From NCBI RefSeq assembly GCF_964355755.1, contig NC_092672.1, forward strand, positions 26,666,437-26,730,436: a stretch of DNA of 64,000 bases, written 5' to 3'. Of the stretch, positions 25,715-38,109 are shown in pieces. The notes below the pieces were generated by a model. It did no database searches. It was not told the DNA's origin and worked only from the letters and a program-made list of their open reading frames with translations. The stretch is from Antedon mediterranea (taxonomy: Eukaryota; Animalia; Echinodermata). The translations under genes were made by a program, and so were the position numbers. Every line of letters starts with the position of its first letter. The first letter of the stretch is position 1.

Positions 25715-26980
25715 TCATTGGTGTTTTTTGTTGTTGCATAGTTTTGCTGCGTATTGCGCTCCATATAAGGTAACGATTATACAGATTCATACAGTTCCAG
25801 TGCATAGATACCATTAACCAATTAAATTGCTGCAAAGCTGTAAATTCCCTTAGACTGTTAGTGAATAAATAAAGGTGTGAACAAAGAATATAAGAAAAAA
25901 ATCATTTCATTGTTTTTTGGTTTTTTTTTTGCATAGTTTTGCTGCTTATTGCGCTCCATATAAGGTAACGATTATCCAGATTCATGCTACAGGGTTGGGT
26001 AGGTTTGGCCAGTATGCGTACCTTTTTATGGCCAGCGGGCGTCCCGGATATTGCGCAATATGGCCAGCGGGCGTCCAATTATTGCGCAATATGTTTTCAA
26101 TGGCAGCGTCCGCGCGCTCCATGCGTGTGAAAAATACGTACAATGCGACAGAGAGGGCGTTATATTTACATTTTCCGCGCGAGATGCCGGCCGGCCACGT
26201 ACTATTATTATTTATCAGAAAAAAAATATTAAATAATGTGAAATTTCATTAAAAATGCTTTTTGATTGACATTATAATAGTTAAAACTATTAATAATTGT
26301 TATTAATTAGGCCCTAAAATACAGTAGTATAATTTACTAAATCAGTTTAACTTAGGCTACTAGCCTGCTCTGAACAGATAGATTGGATTTTAGAGGCCTC
26401 AGTTCAGCCTTGCCCTACTTGCAAATTCAGCTGTATATATAAAATTAATTATGTATATAGCGCCATCTGTGTCGCATTGTACGTATTTCACACGCATGGA
26501 GGAGCGGACGCTGCCATTGAACAAATATTGCGCAATAATTGGACGCCCGCTGGCCATATTGTGCAATTTCCGGGACGCCCGCTGGCCATAAAAAGGTACG
26601 CATACTGGCCAAACCTACCCAACCCGTATCGATTCATGCAGTTCCAGTGCCTAGATACCATTATCCAATTAAATTGCTGCAAAGCTGTAAATTCCCTTAG
26701 AATGTTTAGTGCATAAATAATGGTGTGAACAAAGAATATTATAAGAAAATATCATTTCACCGTTTTCCGTCGTTTAGGAAGCAGGTCCTCGCTGAATTTC
26801 ATTTTAATGTGAGAGCAAAGAATATAAGAAGAACATTTCTTTCCAACGTTTTCCACCGTCGTTCAGACTGCAAATCCTCGCAGAATTTCATTTTAAGGTA
26901 AGAACAAAGAATATAAGAACATTTCTTTCCAACGTTTTCCACGATCGTTCAGACTGCAAGTACTCGCTGAATTAAATTTC
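25715..26980. repeat. About 190-bp tandem duplication (second copy split by a MITE) followed by three repeats of about 80 bp
   Basis: TGCATAGTTTTGCTGC.TATTGCGCTCCATATAAGGTAACGATTAT at about 25735 and 25930. CAAAGAATATAAGAA...CGTTTTCC...CTCGC.GAATT recurs at 26730-26975. Confidence 0.8.
25988..26630. mobile_element. MITE with about 150-bp TIRs and 7-9 bp TSD (MULE-like)
   Basis: GGGTTGGGTAGGTTTGGCCAGTATGCGTACCTTTTTATGGCC... and its reverse complement at the right end. GATTCAT(GC) is duplicated on both sides. The empty site is visible in the upstream tandem copy (about 25785). Confidence 0.88.
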
Positions 26981-27803
26981 AAGGTGAGCCCAAGGAAAAA
27001 CAAATATTTGTTGATGATTTATTCATGGCGTGGAGTAATATATATAGGCCTAGACGGATACAGAAGAATGAAAATAATGACACTTCCACGCTAAATGATA
27101 CAGAATTAAAAATAATGTACAAACTAGTCCACTTTAAATTAGAATAGTATTTTACAATGGTCTCAGAATCTTTTTTATTTATTATTTTGTAGGTTCTTTC
27201 CACTTTTATTTCTTCATCTGGTAAAATATTGAGTTACAATATAAAATACAGTGTAATAACACGTAAATGTTAGTATAATGCCACACAGTCATTTCCTTAC
27301 TGTTTTGGTAAAATAAATATATGTTGATTTTATTTAATTTAGAGCGAATGATTTTCTTGTATTTTCTACCGTTAAACATTATTTTATTAAGTAACATTCA
27401 TTTTGTTCTACTCATTATTTGTATATATTTTCCTAATTTGTTTAATCATCTTGGCATTATTTTTTAATTATTTGTTTTCCTTTTCCTGTGATACATCACC
27501 ACCAAATTCATCTTATAAAATAACGGTTGTATTTGACATAACATACAAAAATGTTGTTTTCCAACATTGTATTCAATCCATTAAGCAATTATGAAATAGG
27601 CCTAAGTTTATTTTGTGTTTTAGGTAAGCAAACTTTATACATTACATCAGTTAATATAGAAAGGATTGTGTGACTGTAGGTCATTTATAACGTTAGCATT
27701 TTCCTGTATCGTATCAATATTGTTGCGTGAAAAGCAACCTGGTTTCTCAACCACTATAACTTTCCAATCTTCTTATTTACAGAGGAGTTATTTCATTTAG
27801 GCC

Positions 27804-28110
27804 TGTTACAACCGCTAATGTAGAAAACGCCAGCTAATGTCAAAACAACCGTTAATGTAGAACAATCCACCGCTAATATAGTAAAACCTCAAGCTAATGT
27901 AGAAACACCAACAGCTTATGTAGTAAATAAAAATCAACACCAGCTAATGTAGAAACGGTCAACAGCTTATGTAGTAACGAAAATTGCCTCACAATTATGT
28001 AGTTACTATCGCCAGTTAATGTAGAAAATGTTATATATTTTACAAAAATGTCTACATTAACGGTTGTTTCGACATTAGCTGGCGTTTTCTACATTACCTA
28101 CGTTGTAACA
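27804..28110. mobile_element. Non-autonomous DNA transposon with TGT...ACA termini (Ginger-like) and internal GCTAATGTAGAA repeats
   Basis: TGTTACAAC...GTTGTAACA termini, arms built from repeats of about 20 bp, imperfect 4-bp flank (GGCC/AGGC). Confidence 0.65.
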
Positions 28111-29650
28111 AGGCATATATACTTAAATCTAGACTTATCCACAATATCTCCTAAAAATACTTCAACGATGTACAAAAGATGTTTTATTCTAGTGAGCAAA
28201 AGTTATAAAATGTGATGCATTTCCATTTTTCTGGGACCGGACTTGGTAACAGTTTTACCCAGCCTAAGGTCAATCATGTTAACACCACTTTCCAGTTATA
28301 GTGTTTTATATCAGAATATTTCTAGGTAATTTTTTCTTTGTTACCACTCCATAAATAAGTTTTAAAACTTTGTTATGACAGTACAAATGTAGTAGTCCTA
28401 TGCATTATAATGCATAAGACTATAATTATGTTGTCTATTATTATAACTGTGGTGATATCTTGATACCTAAATATGTGTTTTTGCGGCCATTTTCTAAGCA
28501 CTTAAATTAATATGTATATTGCAGTTGAAATGTTTGACACTAAAGAAATATAAAAAGCATTGCAAAAACTGCTATAAAGTGGTAATTAGATCTACTATTT
28601 ATGTTTTTTGGTCAATTTTTTGGACATTTTCGCCATTGGTGCCATTTTGTTTAAAAAACCTATTTCGCGTACCTGGATTTTTATAGACTTTTAGTATGTT
28701 CATATAGGGACCTTATAGAAATGCATTGTGGTGAAAAAAAACCTGTTGCAATTTTGTCAACCTTTTACTAATTCTGAGCTTATTTTTCCTGTACTAAATA
28801 CCATATCAATGATAGTCCAGGATTATCCTTAGTCCTGGACTAGATAGTCCATAGTCCAGGACTAAGGATAGTCCCCTTTCATGAAAACGGGCCATTGTGT
28901 TTATCTCAGAGAAAATCGATTTTTGTTTGTCTGTGACACTTGCATTGTTATTAAAATACTTAGCGTTATCAAAACCTAACAGTAATTTTTTCAAACAACA
29001 ATAATTTTATTCCTCTTTTCTCCCATGCTTAATTTTCTTATACCAATATTTTAACAATCACATATTAATTCTCTAAGGAATCCCAAAATGTGTGATCAAA
29101 CACGAATCTTTTGCTTTGATGATTTTCATGTTTAAAACAGCCATTTTTCATTCATAATTCGTTAACAAGCCTTCATATTTTTTCTTTTCTTCAAAAGACA
29201 GTGTATTTATTAAAATATATGTTAATTTTTCTTCATTGAAAGGTTTAAGAACTAACGTAATATGTTTCTTCTTGGCGTTACTTTTTCGAAACCCAGAAAG
29301 AATTTAATATTTTCTGTCTCAGGTTTATCATCTTAATAAAAGCAAAACAGACTCGTTGTGTTTGCGCTTAAATTTCACATCGAAGTTATTAGACAATTTT
29401 TTTGGGGGGTAACAATTATATCGTTATTAGAAATTAAAACATAATTGCAAAATGGTGTTATTTATTGCATTGAAAATATTGTTGTTGTTTCTCTAGTCTC
29501 TGTCGATAACATAGGCATACGTCAAAAGCTAAAAATTACCAAAAATTACTTGAGCAAATACTGGATGGTAATTAATACATTGCCTATTTAATGAAAACCC
29601 ATTATTCTAAAACAACGAAATAAAAGTACTAAAATGAATAAACAATCCGG

Positions 29651-30789
29651 AAGCAATTGCACGGCTATTTGTTTGCTATTCATAGCTATATCAAGTATAG
29701 CAATTACACAGCTATTTGTTTGCTATTTATGGCTATATCAAATATAGCAATTGCACAGCTAGTTGCTTGCTATTCGTGGCTATATCAAGTATAGCAATTG
29801 CACAGCTAGTTGTTTGCTATTCGTGGCTATATCAAGTATAGCAATTGCACAGCTAGTTGTTTACTATTCATGGCTATATCAAGTATAGCAATTACACAGC
29901 TATTTGTTTGCTATTTATGGCTATATCAAATATAGCAATTGCACAGCTAGTTGCTTGCTATTCGTGGCTATATCAAGTATAGCAATTGCACAGCTAGTTG
30001 TTTGCCATTCGTGGCTATATCAAATATAGCAATTGCACAGCTAGTTGCTTGCTATTCGTGGCTATATCAAGTATAGCAATTGCACAGCTAGTTGTTTGCT
30101 ATTCGTGGCTATATCAAATATAGCAATTGCACAGCTAGTTGTTTGCTATTCGTGGCTATATCAAATATAGCAATTGCACAGCTAGTTGTTTGCTATTCGT
30201 GGCTATATCAAATATAGCAATTGCACAGCTAGTTGTTTGCTATTCATGGCTATATCAAGTATAGCAATTGCACAGCTAGTTGTTTGCTATTCGTGGCTAT
30301 ATCAAATATAGCAATTGCACAGCTAGTTGTTTGCTATTCGTGGCTATATCAAATATAGCAATTGCACAGCTAGTTGTTTGCTATTCATGGCTATATCAAA
30401 TATAGCAATTGCACAGCTAGTTGTTTGCTATTCATGGCTATATCAAATATAGCAATTGCACAGCTAGTTGTTTGCTATTCGTGGCTATATCAAATATAGC
30501 AATTGCACAGCTAGTTGTTTGCTATTCGTGGCTATATCAAATATAGCAATTGCACAGCTAGTTGTTTGCTATTCATGGCTATATCAAGTATAGCAATTAC
30601 ACAGCTATTTATTTGCTACTTTTGCTATATCAAGTATAGCAATTGTAAGTTATTTATTTGCTATTTATGCTGTATTATCAGGTATAGCAAATACACAGCT
30701 ATTTAATTGCTATTTTTGCTGTATTAATTATTGCAATTGCAAGCTATTTGTTTGCTATGTATTGCTATGACCAATCCTGCACCTTAGTG
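29651..30789. mobile_element. 47-bp minisatellite (about 21 copies) forming the subterminal region of a CACTA/EnSpm-like element end
   Basis: Unit GCTATATCAA(A/G)TATAGCAATTGCACAGCTAGTTGTTTGCTATTC(G/A)TG. It ends ...TTGCTATGACCAATCCTGCACCTTAGTG, whose reverse complement begins CACTAAGG. Confidence 0.75.
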
Positions 30790-31082
30790 GAAGCTTGAAC
30801 CTATCAATTAGTTGAGTTTACAAATTTTAAAACTGTCAGAGTCTTAGATAAATAGCTTTCGTGTTGATACAGTTTCTTATTGATTATGTCCTCTGGGTTT
30901 TTTGTATCATTGCGGTGTATCATTACGCTTATGATTGGTTGAAGAGTTATAAAATGAAAATCTCAATAAAAAAGGAGAATTGTTATTTCTGTTTAAAATA
31001 TTTTAAAATGAGATTATAATGATCAGATAGACAGTGTATACCACAATCGGAAAACACCCCTATTTGTGGAAAATCGTTGAAA

Positions 31083-34000
31083 ATCGTTTAACAAAAGATG
31101 GCTGAAAGGTTAATGTTGTTGTTCCTTGTTGTGTGCAATTTTTACTTATATTTACCAAGCTGTGTTAATTCACCTAACACAATCTGCAATTATTCAATTA
31201 ATAACACTAACTACAATGGACTGTGCAATATTTTATTGAGAGAGTCGTCTTCAAACGCACCAAAATTAGGCTATATTCTAGCCCCATATCAGGTACAACC
31301 AAGCAGAACTTATCAGTTTCCAACAGGGCTGGAAGCTCCTGTATGCTGCAGTGGACATCAACATAACACCAATGGATTGGGCCTAGGTATACTAGGCCTG
31401 GACCTGCGTGTGTCTGCGGGAAAGTCTTCAATCATAATTCGTAATGCTCTTGTAACATCAAAGTCATCACACAGCATGAGAGGTAAGCCGCTTTTGTACA
31501 ATACTCACTATGCTACTACCGCCACGTTTCAACCGTTGGTTACCAAATATGGCGATGTTGAACTCAACCCAGGCCCAGATACACCAGAAGCAGATGGTTT
31601 AGCTAGGCATTCGCCACGACAACTTGGTGTTTACTACCAAAACGTGCGTAGCTTAAAAAATAAATTTGAAACTCTACATTCCGACATGACGGCACATATG
31701 ATAAATGGAACATACGATATAGTTGCCTTTACTGAGACCTGGCTCAAGGAATTTGTTCTCGACTCGGAACTAGAAATTGAAAACTTCAATCTCTACAGAC
31801 GAGACAGACCAGGAAATCGCAGAGGTGGTGGAGTTGCGGTCTACATATCGGATCAACTAAAAAGTCGCAAAATTGAAGACTTGGAAAATGATAGCAATGA
31901 ACTCCTTTGGGTGGAGATCACAGTATCCAGAACCCAATGGATCATCGCTGCTATTTATTACAGACCTCCGAGCTCCGGTAGAGAAACCATTAATAACCTG
32001 ATTACTGCACTTGACAGTGCCGTTGAACGTTATCCTGATCATAACCTTCTGGTTATTGGAGACTTCAACCTACCAGATATTACTTGGAATAACAACGGTA
32101 CTTACTCAGTACCGGCTAACTCCTTTTCAGAACTTTTCATGGACTCCGTAATTCATGGTCACAATATTTCTCAGTGCAATAAATTTCCAACATGTAATAA
32201 TAGAATTCTAGACCTTGTACTGTGCAATAATAACAATATTATTTCTGATATTTCTGCAGGCCAGAATATCTTTAACTCAGACCATAATTCAATTTCAATT
32301 TCACTTCAATTTGTAAATATTAATTTAATTAATAATAATAAATCTAGATATTTTTATAATTATAGACGAGCCAATTTTGGTGAATTAAACAACACGTTTG
32401 AAAAAATTCCATGGCATATCCTAGATTTTGCAACAGACATCAATGAACGTGTTGGAATGTTTTACGATCTTGTTGATGCGGCTGTCAGGGACCTTGTCCC
32501 CACCATTAAAATTCGCAAAAAAAGTTTTAAATGGTTTGATGCCGAGCTTGTGAAAGCCTTAAAATCTAAAGAACATTACCATCGTATATGGAAACAATTT
32601 CCATCCATCATTTCACGTCAAAACTTCTGTGTTGCCAGAACTAATTTCAAAAAATTATCAAATTGTAAATATAAGGCTTACCTGAAATGCATCTCCTCTG
32701 ACCTTGTTGCAAGTCCTAAGCGATTTTGGACTTGGATCAAGTGCAAACGAAAAACTACATCTAATGCCATTAGTATCTCTGATGGGGTTAAGGTTGCTGA
32801 CAGCCCGCAAGCAAAAGCCACACTTTTTAACAACTTTTTTGTTTCAGCTTTCTCGGACTCCAGGGATACCCCTATTGCCGAGCATTTAGATCTGCCTGAA
32901 CTCAACGTCGATGTCCTCAATAACATCAGTATTTATCAAGATAATGTCGAATACCTCTTGAGGTCAGTCAGTGTGGATAAGGCAGTTGGCAATGATCCTA
33001 TCAGTAATCATACTCTTAAACTTTGCTCTTCTACCTTATCTTTACCCATTACCAATATTTTTAAACATTCAATTTCATCTGGCACTTTCCCTGACCAGTG
33101 GAAGACTGCAAACGTTGTCCCCATACATAAAAATGGTTCAAAAGCTAAAGTCCAAAATTATAGACCCATCTCCCTCCTTCCCACTATCTCCAAAATTCTT
33201 GAAAGGGTTATCAACACTCAACTTTTATGTCATGTTTCGCCCATTATTTCCCAAGATCAACATGGCTTCATGCCCGGTAGATCTTGTGAAACAAACCTTG
33301 CTACTCTTCTGTCTACCGTGTATGAAGCCATCGAAACTAAAAAGCAATGTGACATAATCTACACCGACTTTAGTAAAGCTTTTGATAAATTGTCCCACAA
33401 CCTATTATTATTAAAACTTCATCAGTTTGGCATCAATGGTACTTTATTTTCATGGTTTAAAAGTTATCTTGGCGGTAGGATGCAGAGAGTTGTAATTGAT
33501 GGTGCCACTTCCAATTCTCTCCCAGTCATCTCAGGCGTGCCTCAAGGTTCCATTCTTGCCCCCCTGCTGTTCAATATATTTGTTAATGAAATACCAAATC
33601 TCTTTCAAAATTCCAACTGTCTTATGTTCGCTGACGACCTCAAGATTTACAAAATTATTACCACTACTGAGGACTCCGTTGCACTTCAGGCAGATCTGGA
33701 AAGACTCGGTACGTGGGTTTCCGACTGGAAAATGTCCCTGAAGTCCGAGAAATGCAAAGTCCTGTCTTGCTCTCTTAAGAAAAAACCTATTATTTTCGCT
33801 TACTCAGTTCAAGAAGAAGTCCTTGAAAGTGTAAACTCTTACCGGGACCTCGGCATTTTCATCGACCGTAAACTGACATTTATTTCACACGTTGATCATG
33901 TTGTCAGAAAGGCCAATAGGCTGCTTGGGCTGATGTGGCGCAATTGCAAACATTTTTCTCCATACACCAAACGTGCGCTTTATCTTTCCCTCGTCCAACC

Positions 34001-34525
34001 ATCTTTTAATTTCTGTTCAATTATCTACAATTCACTCTCTGCTTCTCAAGCCTCCAGAATTGATCGGACCCATAACAAGTTCTTGCGCTTTGTCGGCCCA
34101 GCAGCCAACCTGCCTCCTATTGTTTCCCCGACATCTAGGAGAGCAAGACAGGACTTGCACTTCCTGTATAAATGTCTTACTTCTAAGTTTGAATGTGATC
34201 TTGTTTCGTTGTTTTATTTTAATGTTCCTGTTCGTAATCTTCGTAGTAAACCCGTTCTTCATGTTAAATTTTCTCGTGTCAATGTTTGTAAAAATGGTAT
34301 TTTCTGTAGACTCTCGTCATTGTACAATTCTTGTATTTTAAAAAATAATTCTTTAGATATTTTTAACTGTAATTTTTCTCAATTTAAATGTATTATTAAT
34401 GAAATTATTTAAATTTTCTTTTTCATTTGTATATATTTATATTGGCTCATATTTTATAGTTTAGCTTTTATTTTCAACCTGTTATTGGTGTTTTACACTG
34501 TTGGTTTGATATAAAGAATAAAGAA
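31083..34525 (+). mobile_element. Apparently complete single-ORF non-LTR retrotransposon (CR1/L2 group)
   Basis: Boundaries are defined by the paralogous empty site at about 54377-54400 (AATCGTTGAA^GCTAAATTCGTTTTAATTGTC). 3' tail ATAAAGAATAAAGAA. Confidence 0.88.
31098..34412 (+). CDS. LINE polyprotein: hydrophobic leader, 2A-like peptide, APE endonuclease, reverse transcriptase
   Basis: GDVELNPGP (31551-31577). APE motifs YQNVRSL, FTETWL, RRDR..RRGGGVA, GDFNLP, LDLVL, SDH. RT motifs NYRPISLL, DFSKAFD, GVPQGS, FADD, YRDLG. 1104 aa with no stops. Confidence 0.95.
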   Translation: MAERLMLLFLVVCNFYLYLPSCVNSPNTICNYSINNTNYNGLCNILLRESSSNAPKLGYILAPYQVQPSRTYQFPTGLEAPVCCSGHQHNTNGLGLGILGLDLRVSAGKSSIIIRNALVTSKSSHSMRGKPLLYNTHYATTATFQPLVTKYGDVELNPGPDTPEADGLARHSPRQLGVYYQNVRSLKNKFETLHSDMTAHMINGTYDIVAFTETWLKEFVLDSELEIENFNLYRRDRPGNRRGGGVAVYISDQLKSRKIEDLENDSNELLWVEITVSRTQWIIAAIYYRPPSSGRETINNLITALDSAVERYPDHNLLVIGDFNLPDITWNNNGTYSVPANSFSELFMDSVIHGHNISQCNKFPTCNNRILDLVLCNNNNIISDISAGQNIFNSDHNSISISLQFVNINLINNNKSRYFYNYRRANFGELNNTFEKIPWHILDFATDINERVGMFYDLVDAAVRDLVPTIKIRKKSFKWFDAELVKALKSKEHYHRIWKQFPSIISRQNFCVARTNFKKLSNCKYKAYLKCISSDLVASPKRFWTWIKCKRKTTSNAISISDGVKVADSPQAKATLFNNFFVSAFSDSRDTPIAEHLDLPELNVDVLNNISIYQDNVEYLLRSVSVDKAVGNDPISNHTLKLCSSTLSLPITNIFKHSISSGTFPDQWKTANVVPIHKNGSKAKVQNYRPISLLPTISKILERVINTQLLCHVSPIISQDQHGFMPGRSCETNLATLLSTVYEAIETKKQCDIIYTDFSKAFDKLSHNLLLLKLHQFGINGTLFSWFKSYLGGRMQRVVIDGATSNSLPVISGVPQGSILAPLLFNIFVNEIPNLFQNSNCLMFADDLKIYKIITTTEDSVALQADLERLGTWVSDWKMSLKSEKCKVLSCSLKKKPIIFAYSVQEEVLESVNSYRDLGIFIDRKLTFISHVDHVVRKANRLLGLMWRNCKHFSPYTKRALYLSLVQPSFNFCSIIYNSLSASQASRIDRTHNKFLRFVGPAANLPPIVSPTSRRARQDLHFLYKCLTSKFECDLVSLFYFNVPVRNLRSKPVLHVKFSRVNVCKNGIFCRLSSLYNSCILKNNSLDIFNCNFSQFKCIINEII

Positions 34526-34681
34526 CCTAAATTCGTTTTAATTGTCAATAACTAATTATCTAACTCAATTAAAAGAACCGAACACTATTAATTATGAATA
34601 ACGATATCCCACAGGTTTGGAATAACATGGGTGATTGAGTGGGTTCGCTAATAGTAAACCGAAGAAGCAATTGTAAGCTTA

Positions 34682-37600
34682 TAGTTGGGGAGCCAGGAAG
34701 GGTTTACCTGCACCCTCTAGCAAACTATGTTAACAATGTTTTTTTGCTTCCTTATATCAATACAAATCAATTTTTTGCTGTTGGCCGAAAAAAAATTGGG
34801 ATGCTTGGTCAGTACAGGGGCCAAAAGGTCAATATGGTTAAAGTTAGAACTGTGTGTAACTTGGTAACTACTTGATGTATTGGAATATTTTTTGTACCAA
34901 ACTCCTCAGAAGACCCATATTTCTATTCACTCTAATGGGAAACTTTTGCCGAAATTGGACAGAAACCCCTTTTCTGACCACTTGTCAAGAAATTGGCCAT
35001 ATGAATATCTCATCAACCGCTGGTCAAAAAGTGATAATTGTGGTCTCAAATTAGTCACAAAGTATATGTTTATATTTGTTCTAATGTAATAAAAATTATA
35101 AAACTGTCAATAAACCCCTAATTTTGACCTTTGACTTATAGCCGGCACAAATATGCTTGGAGCACACTTTTCATATCTCAGAAATTGTTGGGCGGATATG
35201 GTCATAGTTTGTGTCAAGATACTCATAAAATACATATTTCTATTCACTTTAATGGACAACTTTTGCTAAAAATGACCATGAAACTTTATTTTTGACCATT
35301 GGTCAAGAAAATAGCCATATCAATATCTCAGCAACCACTAGTCAGAAAGTTATAATTTTAGTTTCAAATTACTCGCAAAATATACATATATTTATATTTG
35401 CTCTAATACAACAGAAATACACAAAATGTTAAAAAACACCTTATTTTGAGATTTAACCTATAGCTGGTACAGACATTTTTGCGTGGAGCACACATATATT
35501 TTTAATAACTAGCGAATGTTGTTTTTGCTTAATATCAAAATACACTCATATTGATATCACTCTAATGAACAAGTGCCAAAAGACATATCATGAACACTGA
35601 TCAAGAAAATTACCATAGAAATATTTACCAACTAGGTAGTTTTGGTCCCAAAATACTAGGAATGAATATGTTTAAAAACGAAATAACAAGTTATGAAAAA
35701 GTGGAGCCTTACTTTTCAGGTATCACATGATAAATTGAAACGCGTTGCCCACGATACACCATACGGTAGGCTACTCCAGGCCCGTAAACTAGTTTTTATA
35801 GAGGGGTTCGAATTTGAAAGCCTTTGATAGACCTACCAATTACGATTAATTTGTAGGCACTATGTGTATTAAATTTCAAATACACCGGCTCTGTGGATGA
35901 TGGTTTTCAGTGGAAGAGATGGCGATTAGGAGGGAAGTCTCAACCTCAGCAAACCCCACCCCCCCCCCCCCCCATCGTGTTGGGATTGAGTAAGGATATT
36001 TTGAAAATATGGACCTATAGTTGACCAGAAATTAAGTTATGTAAAAATCATATCAAAGTTCCAGCTTGGAGTCAATTGTATAAAACTTTAAAAATATATT
36101 TGAATCTGAAATATACACATAGGTCGAGCCAATTTCAATGGTAGGGTCTTCTGCACCACCTCAGTCCCATCATGGTTGGGGCTGAGGTAAGAAAGTAGAA
36201 ACATTGATCTTTTAGTTGGTACAATCATATCAAACTTCTCAATTCTTTAACACTAATGTTGTTTGTACTGTCTACTTTTAATTTATGGATAGAAAAAGTC
36301 ACGCCGTCTCTACACACATAGACTGCCCAAATCATTATGCTATAATACCAAATTTAAACTCCTGCAATATTTCACTTAAAACTATACCCAGTTTCTTGCT
36401 TGTGTTTAATAAAATTATGAAAATCTAAAGAAAAATCAAAGAAAACCGTTACTACAGTAGTATGACTATGTTATAATAATCCTAAAGGACATTATTGTTA
36501 TTTACTCATCTCCTCCTTTTTGTTGGATTTACTAATAATTTAAGAAGCAAATAAATGAATGAACATTGAATAGTAAACCATCATACTACATCAGTGCGCA
36601 TGTGATTTTAATATTCTAAATGTATATTTTAGTATCCTAAATATAGGTTTGTGAATAAAGATTAACTAATTTACATATTTTTGTTTATTTGTATTAAAAA
36701 GATTCAATATAACTTAGTATGTTGCATCAAACAGGTTATTGTAATGGAGGTGGGAAACATTGTAACATCTGAACAAAACAAACCTAAGTTCTTTAGAATT
36801 AAATTATTAATTTTTAGTTTTAATTATAATCACATATACTGAGTAGTATGAATGATGTTTAAGGTTTACTGTGCAATGTCATAACAAACATGGTAAGCTT
36901 CTTAATTGTATTAGTTGTAAATTATAATAATTTAGTGATTCCAAACCATAATATATAGTCATACTACGGTTACTTTGATTTGTTGTTATTGTTCAACTAT
37001 GGTTTTAAAATATGTAACAGTATACTGTATAGCATTTGTCATTCATTTACCGAAGTTCTTTAAAATTGTTAAACAGTGATATAGTTTATATTGTAATTAT
37101 AATACTAAATATTGATAATGATCTTGGTGATAAGAGATTTAACTGTGATGTTATTCATTAAAATTAATAGAATTATCTACTTAGGACTTCCGATACAAAG
37201 TATTCATAGTATATACCATACTCGCACAACAGTCAATGATATTTTGATATTAAGCAAGACAATTCGCTAGTTATTAAAAATGTAAGTGTGCTCCACGAAA
37301 AAATGTTTGTACCAGCTATAGGTTAAATGTCAAAATAATGTGTTTTCAAACATTTTGTGTATTTCTGTTGTATTAGAGCAAATATAATTATATATATTGC
37401 GAGTAATTTGAGAATAAAATTATAACTTTTGACTAGTGGCTGCTGAGATATTGATTTGGCTATTTTCTTGACCAATGGTCAAAAATTTCAAAGTTATTTT
37501 TGGCAAAAATTGTCCATGAAAGTGAATAGAAATATGTATCTTCTGAGTATTTTGACACCAACTATGACCATATCCGCCCACAAATTTTTGAGATATGAAA

Positions 37601-38092
37601 AGTGTGCTCCAAGCCAAAAATATTTGTGCCGGCTATATGTCAAAGGTCAAAATTAAGGGTTTATTGACAGTTTTATGATTTTTGTTACATTAGAACAAAT
37701 ATAAACATATACTGTGCGAGTAATTTGAGACCACAATTATCCTTTTCTGACCACTGGTTGCTGAGATATTTATATGGCCAATTTATTGACCAGTGGTCAG
37801 AAAGGGGGTTTCTGTCCACTTTTGGCAAAAGTTTCTTATTAGAGTGAATAGAAATATGGGTCTTCTGAGTAGTTTGGTACAAACAATATTCCAATACACC
37901 CAGTAGTTACTAAGTTACGCAAAGTCTTAACTTTGACCATATTGACCTTTTGGCCCCTGTACTGACCGAGCACCCCAATTTTTTTTCGGCCAACAGCAAA
38001 AACTTGATTTGTATTGATATAAGGAAGCGAAAAAACATTGTTGGCATAGTTTGCTAGAGGGTGCAGGTAAACCCCTTCCGGCTCCCCAACTA
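34682..38092. mobile_element. Non-autonomous DNA transposon with about 850-bp TIRs (Academ-like)
   Basis: TAGTTGGGGAGCC...GGCTCCCCAACTA termini. Arms at about 34682-35540 and 37240-38092 are reverse complements. 3-bp TSD TTA on both sides. No internal ORF. Confidence 0.85.
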
Positions 38093-38109
38093 TTACGGAT
38101 GTTTCTTGC

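Noticed and set aside
29651-30720. CRISPR-like regular array with palindromic unit
   Set aside because: The units are contiguous with no unique spacers, there are no cas genes and the context is eukaryotic. It is a minisatellite.
34639-37894. Mirror-image short ORFs at 34.9 kb and 37.4-37.9 kb
   Set aside because: They are chance ORFs in the two arms of the long inverted repeat, with no protein motifs.
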